Part shown: in pieces, positions 25,841-35,905 of the stretch
Position numbering within the stretch: the stretch's first letter is position 1
How the letters are laid out: every line of letters begins with the position of its first letter
Assembly: GCA_964511305.1 (NCBI GenBank)
Contig: CAZEEU010000001.1
Location: forward strand, 191,378-255,377
Direction: 5' to 3'
DNA from: an uncultured Gammaproteobacteria bacterium
Lineage (GTDB): Bacteria; Patescibacteriota; Microgenomatia; Levybacterales; GWA1-39-11
Length of the DNA stretch: 64,000 nucleotides
The notes under the pieces: generated by a model
What the model saw: only the letters and a program-made list of their open reading frames with translations
Told to the model about the DNA's origin: nothing
Databases searched by the model: none
Translations under genes and position numbers: made by a program

Positions 25841-27178
25841 ATGGATAAAAAGATTCTAGAATTTCCTAAAGAATTTCTATTTGGGAGCGCTACTGCAGCT
25901 CATCAGGTAGAAGGTAACGAGGGAGAGCGCAATACTGACTGGGATGTCTTTATGAAGCAATATCCTGAAATCATAAATATGCATGAAAAAGGTCCTGAGT
26001 GGTGGAAGCAAGGTCGAGCAGAACATGACATCCAAACCATGGCAAACTTAGGCATGAAAGTCCAAAGGATTGGGATATCTTGGGGCCGAATTGAGCCTCA
26101 AAAAGGAAATATCAACTTAGAAGCAGTTGCACGATATAAAGAGATCATCAAAAAAATTATTGATAGTGGCATGATCCCGATGATCACTCTTAATCACTAT
26201 GTTCTCCCACAGTGGGTTGCTCGCGAAGGTAGTTGGGAAAATAAAAGAACCATTGGCCATTTTGAACATTTTGTAAAATTTGCAGTCTTGGAATTTCCGG
26301 AAGTAAAGTATTGGCTTACTCTAAATGAGCCGAATATCCTGGTGATATTAGGCTATTTTTCAAAATACTACCCTCCAGCAAAAAACAGCCTGTTTTCTGC
26401 AAGCGTTGCTCGTTTTAATATGCTGGAAGCGCATAGAAAAGCCTACAAGAAAATTAAATCAATAAGTCCCATGTCAAAAGTTGGCCTAACTTTTGCATTT
26501 AGATGGAATCTTCCAGAACATAAAAATTACATTCTGGATAAATGGTACGCGAAATTAGTTAACCACATTAGCGTTGGGAGTTATGTTGAAGCAACAAAAA
26601 AATACATGGACTTTATAGGGTGTAATTATTACACAGGTTATTATCTTAACTTGGATATAAGGAAATTGAAATTTAGAGCAAGACACACAGATAAAGTCAC
26701 AGCAAAAACGCTTTTATTTGGAGAAACGCGGAAACCTGCTTCATACAAATCTGACTACGGCTGGCCAATAGTCCCCGACTTTTTCCTGGAAGTTCTTCGC
26801 TACCTAAATAGCACATTCAACCTTCCTATTATAATTACAGAAAATGGACTAGCCGATAAAGAAGACAAAAGAAGATCTTTCTTCATCCTCACACATCTTG
26901 TCGCCGTTTGGAAAGCCGTGCAAGAAGGAGCCAAGATACAACAATACCTTCATTGGTCAACAGTGGACAATTTGGAATGGATCCTGGGATATACGAAAGA
27001 CTTTGGTCTTATAGACAATAACCCAATAACTGGTGAAAGAAAGCTTAGAAATAGCGCACATCTTTATAGTGAGATCGTAAAAGAAAGCAAGATTGATATA
27101 GACAAATTGATTTCAAAATATCTCCTAAAAGAAGAAGGTGAAAAAGCACAAGAAGTTATTGAAAGAATGCTGTTGTAG
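25841..27178 (+). CDS. glycoside hydrolase family 1 beta-glucosidase
   Basis: Acid/base in LTLNEPN and nucleophile in ITENG, with the GH1 TIM-barrel length and order. Confidence 0.85.
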   Translation: MDKKILEFPKEFLFGSATAAHQVEGNEGERNTDWDVFMKQYPEIINMHEKGPEWWKQGRAEHDIQTMANLGMKVQRIGISWGRIEPQKGNINLEAVARYKEIIKKIIDSGMIPMITLNHYVLPQWVAREGSWENKRTIGHFEHFVKFAVLEFPEVKYWLTLNEPNILVILGYFSKYYPPAKNSLFSASVARFNMLEAHRKAYKKIKSISPMSKVGLTFAFRWNLPEHKNYILDKWYAKLVNHISVGSYVEATKKYMDFIGCNYYTGYYLNLDIRKLKFRARHTDKVTAKTLLFGETRKPASYKSDYGWPIVPDFFLEVLRYLNSTFNLPIIITENGLADKEDKRRSFFILTHLVAVWKAVQEGAKIQQYLHWSTVDNLEWILGYTKDFGLIDNNPITGERKLRNSAHLYSEIVKESKIDIDKLISKYLLKEEGEKAQEVIERMLL

Positions 27179-27214
27179 CCCCAATTTGCTGACGCAAATC
27201 GAAAGCAAAGCGTG

Positions 27215-27280
27215 CCCCGACTAGTCCGCAAGGGTAAGCAGAGCTTGCCCTAGCTAAGCACTAGTCCGCAAGGGTTGGCG
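27215..27280. repeat. GC-rich direct repeat ACTAGTCCGCAAGGGT x2 with a GGGTAAG-cagag-CTTGCCC hairpin
   Basis: Read directly. It sits in the convergent intergenic region between the GH1 gene and lon and is strongly GC-skewed relative to its flanks. Confidence 0.5.
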
Positions 27281-29663
27281 TGGGAGTTGTTAGATTGTGT
27301 TTCTTTTCTTTCTCTCCTTTTATCTCCTTAAATCCTGGCAATGGTTTTGTGAGTGCAACCTTCAAAACTTCGTCCATATGAGACACGAAAACAAATCGTA
27401 TGTCTTTTGCTACCTCTTTTGGAATCTCTTCAAGATCTTTTCTATTTTCTTTTGGCATGATTATTGTTCTAAGTCCTGCTCTATGTGCAGCAATAACTTT
27501 TTCTTTAACTCCGCCAATTTCAAGTATTTTTCCTCGAATTGTAACTTCTCCTGTCATCCCCACTAAATGATTTGTAGGAATCTTAGTCAAAGCAGAAACT
27601 AATGCAGTTGTAATTGTATCTCCTGCAGATGGTCCATCTTTTGGAACCGCGCCTTCTGGAACGTGGATATGGATATCGAGTGTTTTGTAGAAATCTTCAG
27701 AAAGTCCAAATTTCTTTGCTCGTGCTCTAACATACGTCATTGCCGCCTGGCATGACTCTTTCATAACATCTCCCAACTGCCCGGTTATTATAAGCTGTCC
27801 TTTTCCATGCATAAGTGCTACTTCTATGAAAAGGATGTCTCCTCCAACCTCTGTCCACGCAAGTCCAGTTGCAATACCAACTTCGTTTTTCCTTTCAGCG
27901 ATAGTTGATGAATATTTTTCTGGTCCTAAAAATTTTGTAACATTCTTTTCTGTAACCATTATTTTTTCTTTCTGTCCTTCAGCAACTTTTCTAGCAATCT
28001 TTCTATCAATTGTTGCAATTTGACGCTCAAGATTTCTTACACCAGCTTCTCTTGTGTATCTATTAATAACGTGACCAAGCGCACTATCTGAGATTTTAAC
28101 CTGAGAGCTCTTTAATCCGTGAGCAGTGAGTTGTTTTTTAACTAAAAAGTCTTTTGCTATATGGAATTTTTCATCCTGTGTGTATCCTGCAAAATTAATT
28201 ATCTCGAGTCTATCTCTTAATGCTGGTGGAATAGTATCAAGTCTATTTGCAGTTGTTATGAACATAACATCAGAAAGATCAAATGGAACCTCAAGATAGT
28301 GATCAGAAAATCCACCATTTTGTTCTGGATCTAGCGCTTCAAGAAGAGCGGATGATGGATCTCCCCTAAAGTCTGCGCCGACTTTGTCGATTTCGTCCAA
28401 CATAAAAACAGGGTTTTTTGTTCCAGCATCTTTAATACCCTGTATTATTCTTCCTGGAAGTGCTCCTACATATGTCCTTCTATGGCCTCGGATTTCAGCT
28501 TCGTCTCTAATACCACCTAAGGAAACTTTTACAAATTCTCTACCTAATGACTTTGCAATACTCTTTCCAATAGATGTCTTTCCAACACCTGGAGGTCCTG
28601 CAAAACAAAGGATTGGTCCCTTCATTTTTCCGGATAATTTATGCACAGCCAAGTACTCAATAACGCGCTCTTTTACTTTTGAAAGGCCGTAATGTCCTTC
28701 ATCCAAAATCTTTTCAGCACTTTTTATATCTATTTTACTTTCAGTTTTTTTGCTCCATGGAATAGAAACCATCCACTCTAGGTAATTGCGTAGATATCCA
28801 GATTCTGGGTTATAAGGAGTAAGCTGTTGAAGCTTTTTAAGCTCCTTCATCATCTTATCTTCAATGTCTTTTGGCATTCCTGCTTTCTTTATTTTGTCAG
28901 AAAGCTCTTTTATCTCTCCCCCATCCTCTGTCTCACCTAGTTCTTTTTCAATGGTTTTAAGTCTTTCTCTTAATATTGCGTCTTTTGTGGATTTTTCTAG
29001 TTGTTCTTGTGTTTTTGAAGCAATTTTACGTTCTAATTCAAGAACCTTTACTTCTTTATCCAAATATTCACTTACTTTCTCCAGTCTCTTCTTTACATTT
29101 ACTGTCTCAAGAATTTCTTGTCTTTCAGATCCTTTAATGTCTAATGTGGATGCTATCTGATCAGCGAGTTCTGATGCTGAGATATCAGACATAATGTTCA
29201 TAAATACCAAAAAATCAGCTTGTTTTCCGAGACTTAAAGCTTTTTTAAATGAAGCAGTCAAATGATTCATAAGTGCTCTTAGTTCTGGATTTTCTGCCTC
29301 AAAATCATCAATTTCATGAACAACTGCCTGCATATATTGTGATGATTGAGAAAAACTAACGATCTGAGCTCTCGAAAGACCCTTTACCAATGCGTTAACT
29401 TCACCGTCGGAGCGGATCATTCGCTCAATGTGAGCAACTGTACCCATTTGATAGAGGTCTGAGATATCTGGATCTTCCTGACGAGGATTCTTTTGAAGGA
29501 CAAAACATACAACTCTTTCACCTGAAAAAGCGGTCTCAAGAGCTGCAAGACTTCTGGGTCTACCAAAAGTAAGTATTGATTCTGTGTGAGGAAAAACAAT
29601 TCCGTCCCTGATTGGAATTATCGGGATCATTTTTTCATTGTAACTATCGTAGTTGTTTGGCAT
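27261..29663 (-). CDS. lon: ATP-dependent Lon protease (LonA)
   Basis: LON N-domain, AAA+ Walker A GPPGVGKTS, and S16 protease domain with DGPSAG catalytic Ser and downstream Lys. Confidence 0.95.
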   Translation of the reverse strand: MPNNYDSYNEKMIPIIPIRDGIVFPHTESILTFGRPRSLAALETAFSGERVVCFVLQKNPRQEDPDISDLYQMGTVAHIERMIRSDGEVNALVKGLSRAQIVSFSQSSQYMQAVVHEIDDFEAENPELRALMNHLTASFKKALSLGKQADFLVFMNIMSDISASELADQIASTLDIKGSERQEILETVNVKKRLEKVSEYLDKEVKVLELERKIASKTQEQLEKSTKDAILRERLKTIEKELGETEDGGEIKELSDKIKKAGMPKDIEDKMMKELKKLQQLTPYNPESGYLRNYLEWMVSIPWSKKTESKIDIKSAEKILDEGHYGLSKVKERVIEYLAVHKLSGKMKGPILCFAGPPGVGKTSIGKSIAKSLGREFVKVSLGGIRDEAEIRGHRRTYVGALPGRIIQGIKDAGTKNPVFMLDEIDKVGADFRGDPSSALLEALDPEQNGGFSDHYLEVPFDLSDVMFITTANRLDTIPPALRDRLEIINFAGYTQDEKFHIAKDFLVKKQLTAHGLKSSQVKISDSALGHVINRYTREAGVRNLERQIATIDRKIARKVAEGQKEKIMVTEKNVTKFLGPEKYSSTIAERKNEVGIATGLAWTEVGGDILFIEVALMHGKGQLIITGQLGDVMKESCQAAMTYVRARAKKFGLSEDFYKTLDIHIHVPEGAVPKDGPSAGDTITTALVSALTKIPTNHLVGMTGEVTIRGKILEIGGVKEKVIAAHRAGLRTIIMPKENRKDLEEIPKEVAKDIRFVFVSHMDEVLKVALTKPLPGFKEIKGEKEKKHNLTTPTPTLAD

Positions 29664-29841
29664 AATTCCGTTAGCAGTTTAGCAAATTAATTGCTAATTG
29701 TCAATTCTTTGGAAGATAAATTCAGATGCTAGAAGTAGATAGAATAAAACTATTATAACTGGATAAAACAAAGAATGCGAGGGGGCATTTTAGGCATATA
29801 TTTAATAAATAATTCATAATCTTTTGCTTATCATGCTGTAG

Positions 29842-30108
29842 GTGAAATATTTATCTATCGCGACGATTATTGTCACAATATGTTTTGAGATTGTTCTACT
29901 TTATTACTATTTTTTTGTACTGCTACCCTCCTATAACAAAATTGGCTATAACAAGCCGGAACTTGAAGATGGAGCCTCCCCAACATGCTCATTATTCATT
30001 ACTCAAAGTGAGGCACAAGAATTTTACATTCTCTACAAGGAATCAATTGAGAATGCAGAACAACTCGATAATGACGATGACGGAAAGGTATGCGAAAATC
30101 TGCCATGA
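29842..30108 (+). CDS. membrane-anchored Excalibur (extracellular Ca-binding) domain protein
   Basis: N-terminal TM, then C..F.TQSEAQEFY...LDNDDDGKVCE, the DxDxDGxxCE Excalibur signature. Confidence 0.65.
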   Translation: MKYLSIATIIVTICFEIVLLYYYFFVLLPSYNKIGYNKPELEDGASPTCSLFITQSEAQEFYILYKESIENAEQLDNDDDGKVCENLP

Positions 30109-30410
30109 AAATTGTACCAACCAGACCATCTAATTACCCGTTCTTTATCCTATTATATTGGCTGATAATTTGGCTTTTTGTATCAGTTATCATTTATATC
30201 AATCTGTCCTCTCGTTCTATTGAGGGAAGCATACCAACAAAGGATTGCGTTAGAGAAAAAGACAATATCTGCGTGTTATTTTCTGCACCATACAAAGTCC
30301 CATTGCAGCAAGAATTATCTATCCAAATAGTGGGGGCAGGAATTTTAATAGGTGCGGTAGTTACAACTTATGGCTATGGAAGAATGATTTTAGCTTATAA
30401 GCGACACTAA
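30090..30410 (+). CDS. small membrane protein
   Basis: 106-aa ORF with two TM segments. It overlaps the Excalibur gene by 19 nt. Confidence 0.4.
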   Translation: MRKSAMKIVPTRPSNYPFFILLYWLIIWLFVSVIIYINLSSRSIEGSIPTKDCVREKDNICVLFSAPYKVPLQQELSIQIVGAGILIGAVVTTYGYGRMILAYKRH

Positions 30411-30877
30411 ATGTATGCATTGGGCGGTGTAACCGGTGGAGGTCCTAGCGGATCTTTGGGGGCATTTGAATTTACTCCGTAAAGATATTTACTATCATCA
30501 AATGCAATAATAAAGTACCCCAAAGGTAGAATGAGAATAAAAATTGCCGAAAATGCTGCGCTTTTACCAAATGCTTTACCTAACTCAATTGAAATAATGA
30601 TTTGTGGGATCAACTGTAGATATGGAATAAAGAAAAGAAGCGTTAACCATGTTGGCTTTTTAACGATCTGAAGCATTACATAGACATTATAAACAGGGAT
30701 TAGTGCATACCACCCCGACCTACCCGCTTTTGTGAATATCCTCCAGGTTGCTGCAAGAATTAACAAGCAAACCAAAACAGATATCACAACGCCTATCGCG
30801 CCAAAAATCCATATTAGACCAGGGTCAATAGCTGGGATGCCAGATGTATCGATAGCACTAAGATCTTTATAGTCCAT
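30407..30877 (-). CDS. DUF5684-like membrane protein
   Basis: WRIFTKAGRSGWYALIPVYNVYVMLQIVKKP resembles the conserved core of DUF5684 membrane proteins. The C-terminus is Pro-rich. Confidence 0.45.
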   Translation of the reverse strand: MDYKDLSAIDTSGIPAIDPGLIWIFGAIGVVISVLVCLLILAATWRIFTKAGRSGWYALIPVYNVYVMLQIVKKPTWLTLLFFIPYLQLIPQIIISIELGKAFGKSAAFSAIFILILPLGYFIIAFDDSKYLYGVNSNAPKDPLGPPPVTPPNAYI

Positions 30878-30961
30878 TTATATAGATGGACTTGGTTCCC
30901 ATAGTCCATATCTATTTATAGGTTTATTTTGAAAACATTGTCAACGTAAAAATACTAGAGT

Positions 30962-33900
30962 ATGCTTTTAACTATAGAAGTTATTCGTCATAAAATTAGG
31001 CACAAAATTGCCAAAGGATTTACCCTTTTGCAAAAAGGGCAAAATGGTTCTAAGCTTCTGAAAAAAGTGAAGACCGGCTTTACGCTGGTTGAACTTCTTG
31101 TGGTGTTAGGCATATTAGCTGTAATGCTTGCCTTGGTACTTATTGCTATTAACCCCCTCGAAATGTTGAATAAGACACAAGATGTAGCTGTGCAGCAAGT
31201 TACGAAAGACTTTGCCTCAGCAACCAAATATTTTTACGCAACTGAAAAGACTACCCCTTGGGAAAAGAATACTTCTTGCAGAGATGAACTTGCAACCAAA
31301 GATACAGTGAGCCAAATGCCTTCATGCGTCCAGGAGCTGACAAAAGGCGGAGACCTTCAAACAAAAGCAGTCAACTCCGATGAAGCAAAGGATATTTTTA
31401 TGACGGAGTGTAGTGGTTCTGTTGCGCTCTGCTACAAACCTAAATCTTCTACTTATAGAAATGACTCCAATGCAAAGTATGGAAGAAATGGTGCTCTTAA
31501 TCCAGAGTGCCCAGGAGGAGATAACTGCTATACGTGTGAATTTACTACCAATGAGGCTCAAGAGTGTTTTGAGATAATGAGTCCAAATGCAGAAATCGCA
31601 TCAGCAACTTTTTCAGATCCCGAAGAACCAATGCCAATTGTTGAACGTCCTTCAATAAGTGTCTGCAGCGACCCTCAAGATGGAGCTGCATCCTGCATGT
31701 CGGATCTCGTAACTGATTCCAAGGGCACTCCACTCACAACCCTCGCTACTCCAAATGGACTTTCACCTGAACAAATGCACAAAGCATATAATTTGCCTTG
31801 TACACCTGGTGCCAATACCATTGACTGGCAATGCGATACCCCCACAATCTTTGGACCAAAAACAGTAGCAGTAATACTTGCATTCCATAGCCCCACCATC
31901 GAAGCAGATCTTGCCGTTTACTCTCAAACATTTGGTCTTCCACCATGCACTAAAGCAAATGGATGCCTAACCATTGTTAACCAAAACGGCCAAACGAGTC
32001 CGCTACCTTCAGGACGTGACTCAACCTGGGCAGTAGAAGCAGCAATGGATGTACAAATTGCACATGCTATATGCCAAACATGCAAAATATTGCTCGTAGA
32101 AGCAGAGGATAATTATTTTACTAATTTAGGGGCTGCAACAAGCAGAGCGGCACAAATGGGCGCCACAGTAATTTCCAATAGTTATGGCAACTATGAGTAC
32201 CCTTCATATGCTCAATATGAGTCTTTCTACGACCATCCCGGAATAGCAGTTACAGCTTCATCGGGGGATTGGGGGTACGGAACAATCTTCCCTGCTTCTC
32301 ACTCCAAAGTTATAGGTGTTGGAGGAACAGAGCTATCATTATTCCCTGATAATTCATATGCAGGTGAGAAAACATGGAATGGTGCAGGAAGCGGATGCTC
32401 TGCAACACGACTCGCAGGAACTTACCAAACTTCACTCCCTAACTGGTCTGCGGTTGGATGTGGCACAAAAAAATCAGTATCAGATGTTTCGGCTGTTGCA
32501 AGTCCCTATACGGGAGCTGCGATCTATGATTCTGGCAATGGTTTTGGATCTTCAGGATGGAAAATAATTGGAGGCACCAGCTTATCATCTCCACTATATG
32601 CGGCAGTCGTTGCTCTTCAAGGAGGCATACCATCAGGGACTGATGGTTCTGCTTTCCCATATACCCAACAAAATAAATTTAGGGATGTAAATATAGGCTC
32701 AAATGGAAGCTGTGGGGGAATGCTTAAATGTATGGCAGGTGTAGGCTATGACGGGCCAACTGGTCTAGGTACACCCAATTTACTTCCCTCAGGAGAAGTA
32801 GTACCAACAGTAATCTACACCCCTACTCCTATTCGTCCTTCAGAGCCACCCACACCAACTACGCCAGTTACACCAACATTAGCTCCACGACCCGTTCCGC
32901 CACCTACCAATCAACAAGTATGGATAGGGAGCGGCTGGGGTATTTATCGCTTCACAACTGAAGGAATTGTTGCTCCCAACGTCGTCCCAAGGACAGCACA
33001 TGGATTAGCTGTTGTTGGTCAAGAGGTATGGGCAACAGACTTCCTACGTAATATTATTTATAGATATAACTTTGATGGCACTCAAACAAAACCTGCCATA
33101 ACAAACGCTAATCTAAAAAACCCGTCCTCCCTAACTGTTGTAGGATCTCAAGTGTGGGTTGTAAATTCAAATGTCGGAAATCTCCCAAATAAGATTGTTA
33201 GATTTAATTTTGACGGAACAAGTGCCGGGGAACCACTCGCAGGCAATGGATTATGCGCACAGTCAAATATTGCTGTTGTAGGTTCTCAGGTGTGGATAGG
33301 CAACAACTCGACCGCTTCCGATTGCGCATATCCTGCCATAAATGGAACGATTTCAAGATTCAAGTTTGATGGAACAAGCGCTGGAACACCTTTATCGGGC
33401 AATGGGATTTCGGGTGTAAATGGCATCGCAGTCGTAGGATCTCAGGTGTGGGTATCAAACAGGCGCAATGCCACTGTTTCACGATTCAAGCTTGATGGGA
33501 CAAGCGCAGGAACCGTATTGTCAGGCAATGGAATAACATTTCCCGGTTATATACTACCTGTAGGAAATGCCATTTGGATTGGAAACATTATGCTCAACAC
33601 ACAACCGCATAGAGATAATATTTCCAAGTTCACCCCTAGTGGTTCACCTAGCGGAATGATAAATTTTCCTGAGGACATTATTGGAAGCAATGCGTCACTT
33701 AGTTTTAACGATGCAGTTATTGTGCCGTCATCCAATCTGGGGCTATCAGATCCTCCTTGCAACACAACGCCTACCTTTGCTTTTGTTGATCAAGGTGTAG
33801 CCAATATCAAACCTGGAGACACATTCTATAGAACCATTAAAATAAAGAATAATGACCCAGTAGATTGTGGAACATCTTTTGAGCTTCGTCAAAGTACACC

Positions 33901-35383
33901 AGAAGGCTGGAAAGTAGATGACCAAGCAAATTCCGCAAAGATTTCACTACCAACAAGCTACTATCTAACTGGTGGCCAAGAAAAAGCCTTTGCTCTCAAA
34001 CTTCAAGTCCCTGCATCAGAAACCTCAACAAATGGCAAATACACCTTATTTGTAGAAAAGTATGGGATAACGACAACAAGCTCGATAACCGGGAATATGC
34101 CCATAATACAACCAACAAGTACTCCTACACCAACACCTACTGCTACTCCGACACCTACAACGGCGCTGAACTGTAGCACTCAGCAAACAGTGACTCTTTT
34201 GCAAAGTCAGCCGATTGTTGCCTTGCCTGGTGATACGGTAAATAATACACTCTCAATCAAGAACAATAACTCAGTTGGATGCTCATCTCTCCTTTATACA
34301 ATAAGTAGTGCAAGACCTACTCCCTGGACACTGTCCGATGTTCCAGCAAGTGTAACAGTTGCGCCGGGGGAAACAAAAGACATATTCTTTACTCTTCAAG
34401 TCCCTCAAAATGCAACAGCTGGTAATTATGGTTATCAGTTTTGGGTTGCAAAACCAGGAGAATCAAGCCCTCTTTCAACAAACGGTTCTGTCCAAGTTGC
34501 CCAGGTCGGTCCAACTCCTACCCCAACACCTACTCCAATCAATTGCTTCCAGGGATGGTCGAATTCGCTGGGAAGTACAAGCCTGAGTGGTAATGCAGGT
34601 GATACGCTTAACCAAACCCTAACTATCACATACAACAATCCTCCAAGCTGTGGAGGAAGCGCAACTTTTGGAATAAGTCATAGCTATCCTTCAGGATGGA
34701 TAATTAACAATCTACCTCCATCCGTACAGCTTGCACCCGGACAATCCATTACTATCCCTTTTACAATCAAAATTTCTACAGGAGCACTAGTCCAAGACTA
34801 CCTGACACAATACTGGGTAAATAGTGGAGGACAACCGATGAATGCCACAATTCATGTATTAGCTACCGCAACACCTCCCGAAGAGCAAATGTTTTCAAAT
34901 TTCAACGCAAAGTCATACGGCAGTTACGCATTATTTGAATACTCATATAACGCGACAGGAAATGTAAGTGGAAGGCTTGATGTCTCGACAGATCCAAATG
35001 GACTAAATACTACAGCAACTCCACCTCCGGCAGGAACTCGCTACGGATTTGCGTTCAATTCTGGAAGCGCAATGGATTCAAGCAACCAGTCGATTCCAAC
35101 AACCGTTCATGGCTTTATTAACAGCAGCCCTCAATCTTGGGCGGGTTGGCAGTGTGGAGCAACGATTTATTATCGAATGTATAACTCTGGGGATTTAAGA
35201 ATTAAGAGTCCTGTAAAATCAACAATCGTCGACTGCACAACTCAGGTTGACGTGTTACCTTGGAATCCTTGGTATGCGGCTATTTATCAGGGTGTATACG
35301 ACGCACGATATGATGCTGATAATAATGGGACAATCAATTATGTAGACTACTGGATATTGGTAAGAGCAACAAGATTAAGATAA
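30962..35383 (+). CDS. giant (1473 aa) pilin-leader surface protein: prepilin N-terminus + Cys-rich region + S53/S8-like peptidase + 5-blade beta-propeller repeats + three Ig/CARDB-like domains + dockerin-like C-terminus
   Basis: Prepilin motif KTGFTLVELLVVLGILAV with Glu at +5. Peptidase motifs TASSGDWGYG and IGGTSLSSPLYAAVVAL. VVGSQVWV recurs 5 times at ~45-aa spacing. NPPSCGG, NNNSVGCSS and NDPVDCGTS mark Ig-like modules separated by PTPTPTP linkers. The C-terminus DADNNGTINYVDYWIL is a dockerin-like Ca loop. An alternative GTG start at 31067 would give a canonical short leader MKTG|FTLVE. Confidence 0.7.
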   Translation: MLLTIEVIRHKIRHKIAKGFTLLQKGQNGSKLLKKVKTGFTLVELLVVLGILAVMLALVLIAINPLEMLNKTQDVAVQQVTKDFASATKYFYATEKTTPWEKNTSCRDELATKDTVSQMPSCVQELTKGGDLQTKAVNSDEAKDIFMTECSGSVALCYKPKSSTYRNDSNAKYGRNGALNPECPGGDNCYTCEFTTNEAQECFEIMSPNAEIASATFSDPEEPMPIVERPSISVCSDPQDGAASCMSDLVTDSKGTPLTTLATPNGLSPEQMHKAYNLPCTPGANTIDWQCDTPTIFGPKTVAVILAFHSPTIEADLAVYSQTFGLPPCTKANGCLTIVNQNGQTSPLPSGRDSTWAVEAAMDVQIAHAICQTCKILLVEAEDNYFTNLGAATSRAAQMGATVISNSYGNYEYPSYAQYESFYDHPGIAVTASSGDWGYGTIFPASHSKVIGVGGTELSLFPDNSYAGEKTWNGAGSGCSATRLAGTYQTSLPNWSAVGCGTKKSVSDVSAVASPYTGAAIYDSGNGFGSSGWKIIGGTSLSSPLYAAVVALQGGIPSGTDGSAFPYTQQNKFRDVNIGSNGSCGGMLKCMAGVGYDGPTGLGTPNLLPSGEVVPTVIYTPTPIRPSEPPTPTTPVTPTLAPRPVPPPTNQQVWIGSGWGIYRFTTEGIVAPNVVPRTAHGLAVVGQEVWATDFLRNIIYRYNFDGTQTKPAITNANLKNPSSLTVVGSQVWVVNSNVGNLPNKIVRFNFDGTSAGEPLAGNGLCAQSNIAVVGSQVWIGNNSTASDCAYPAINGTISRFKFDGTSAGTPLSGNGISGVNGIAVVGSQVWVSNRRNATVSRFKLDGTSAGTVLSGNGITFPGYILPVGNAIWIGNIMLNTQPHRDNISKFTPSGSPSGMINFPEDIIGSNASLSFNDAVIVPSSNLGLSDPPCNTTPTFAFVDQGVANIKPGDTFYRTIKIKNNDPVDCGTSFELRQSTPEGWKVDDQANSAKISLPTSYYLTGGQEKAFALKLQVPASETSTNGKYTLFVEKYGITTTSSITGNMPIIQPTSTPTPTPTATPTPTTALNCSTQQTVTLLQSQPIVALPGDTVNNTLSIKNNNSVGCSSLLYTISSARPTPWTLSDVPASVTVAPGETKDIFFTLQVPQNATAGNYGYQFWVAKPGESSPLSTNGSVQVAQVGPTPTPTPTPINCFQGWSNSLGSTSLSGNAGDTLNQTLTITYNNPPSCGGSATFGISHSYPSGWIINNLPPSVQLAPGQSITIPFTIKISTGALVQDYLTQYWVNSGGQPMNATIHVLATATPPEEQMFSNFNAKSYGSYALFEYSYNATGNVSGRLDVSTDPNGLNTTATPPPAGTRYGFAFNSGSAMDSSNQSIPTTVHGFINSSPQSWAGWQCGATIYYRMYNSGDLRIKSPVKSTIVDCTTQVDVLPWNPWYAAIYQGVYDARYDADNNGTINYVDYWILVRATRLR

Positions 35384-35396
35384 AACCAGAATTCTA

Positions 35397-35843
35397 TTAA
35401 AGGGAAGAGGAATTTTGTCTTCTAATTAGGATAAAGCCGATCACTGCTGCAATAATTACAGCAATGATAATAATAGGCAACCAGGGAATTGCCCTTGTTG
35501 TTGCCCCTTTCACTTCTGCAGAAAGCACAATGTCTTTAATTGTTCCTGAGTTAAAAACTTGATCTTTTAGAGTAGCTTTTGGAAGATTGCTTCCTTCTGG
35601 CCCAGCAGCTTCTATTGAATATGTGCCTTGTGGGATCATTACAGAGTATGCTCCATTTGAATCCGTAGAGGAAGCTGCAACTGTTTTATTTTGTTGGTCC
35701 ATGAATGCAACTGACCCCATCCCAATCGGATTTGATTTTGAGTCAGTAAGCTTGCCTGTAATAAGAACATCAGCAGCAAAAGCTTGTGCTGAAAAAACAA
35801 AAAAGAAAAGTACAACAATAAGTCCTTTCACTATATTTTGCAT
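35397..35843 (-). CDS. secreted CarboxypepD_reg-like domain protein with C-terminal TM anchor
   Basis: Signal peptide, then the transthyretin-like pattern ITGKLTDSKSNPIGMGSVAF...DSNGAYSV.IPQGTYSIEA and a C-terminal hydrophobic helix. Confidence 0.5.
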   Translation of the reverse strand: MQNIVKGLIVVLFFFVFSAQAFAADVLITGKLTDSKSNPIGMGSVAFMDQQNKTVAASSTDSNGAYSVMIPQGTYSIEAAGPEGSNLPKATLKDQVFNSGTIKDIVLSAEVKGATTRAIPWLPIIIIAVIIAAVIGFILIRRQNSSSL

Positions 35844-35905
35844 ATTAATATGGATATTGTTACATGAGCTTCAATCTAAGTCAACTTAATTAATAGCTCC
35901 TACTG

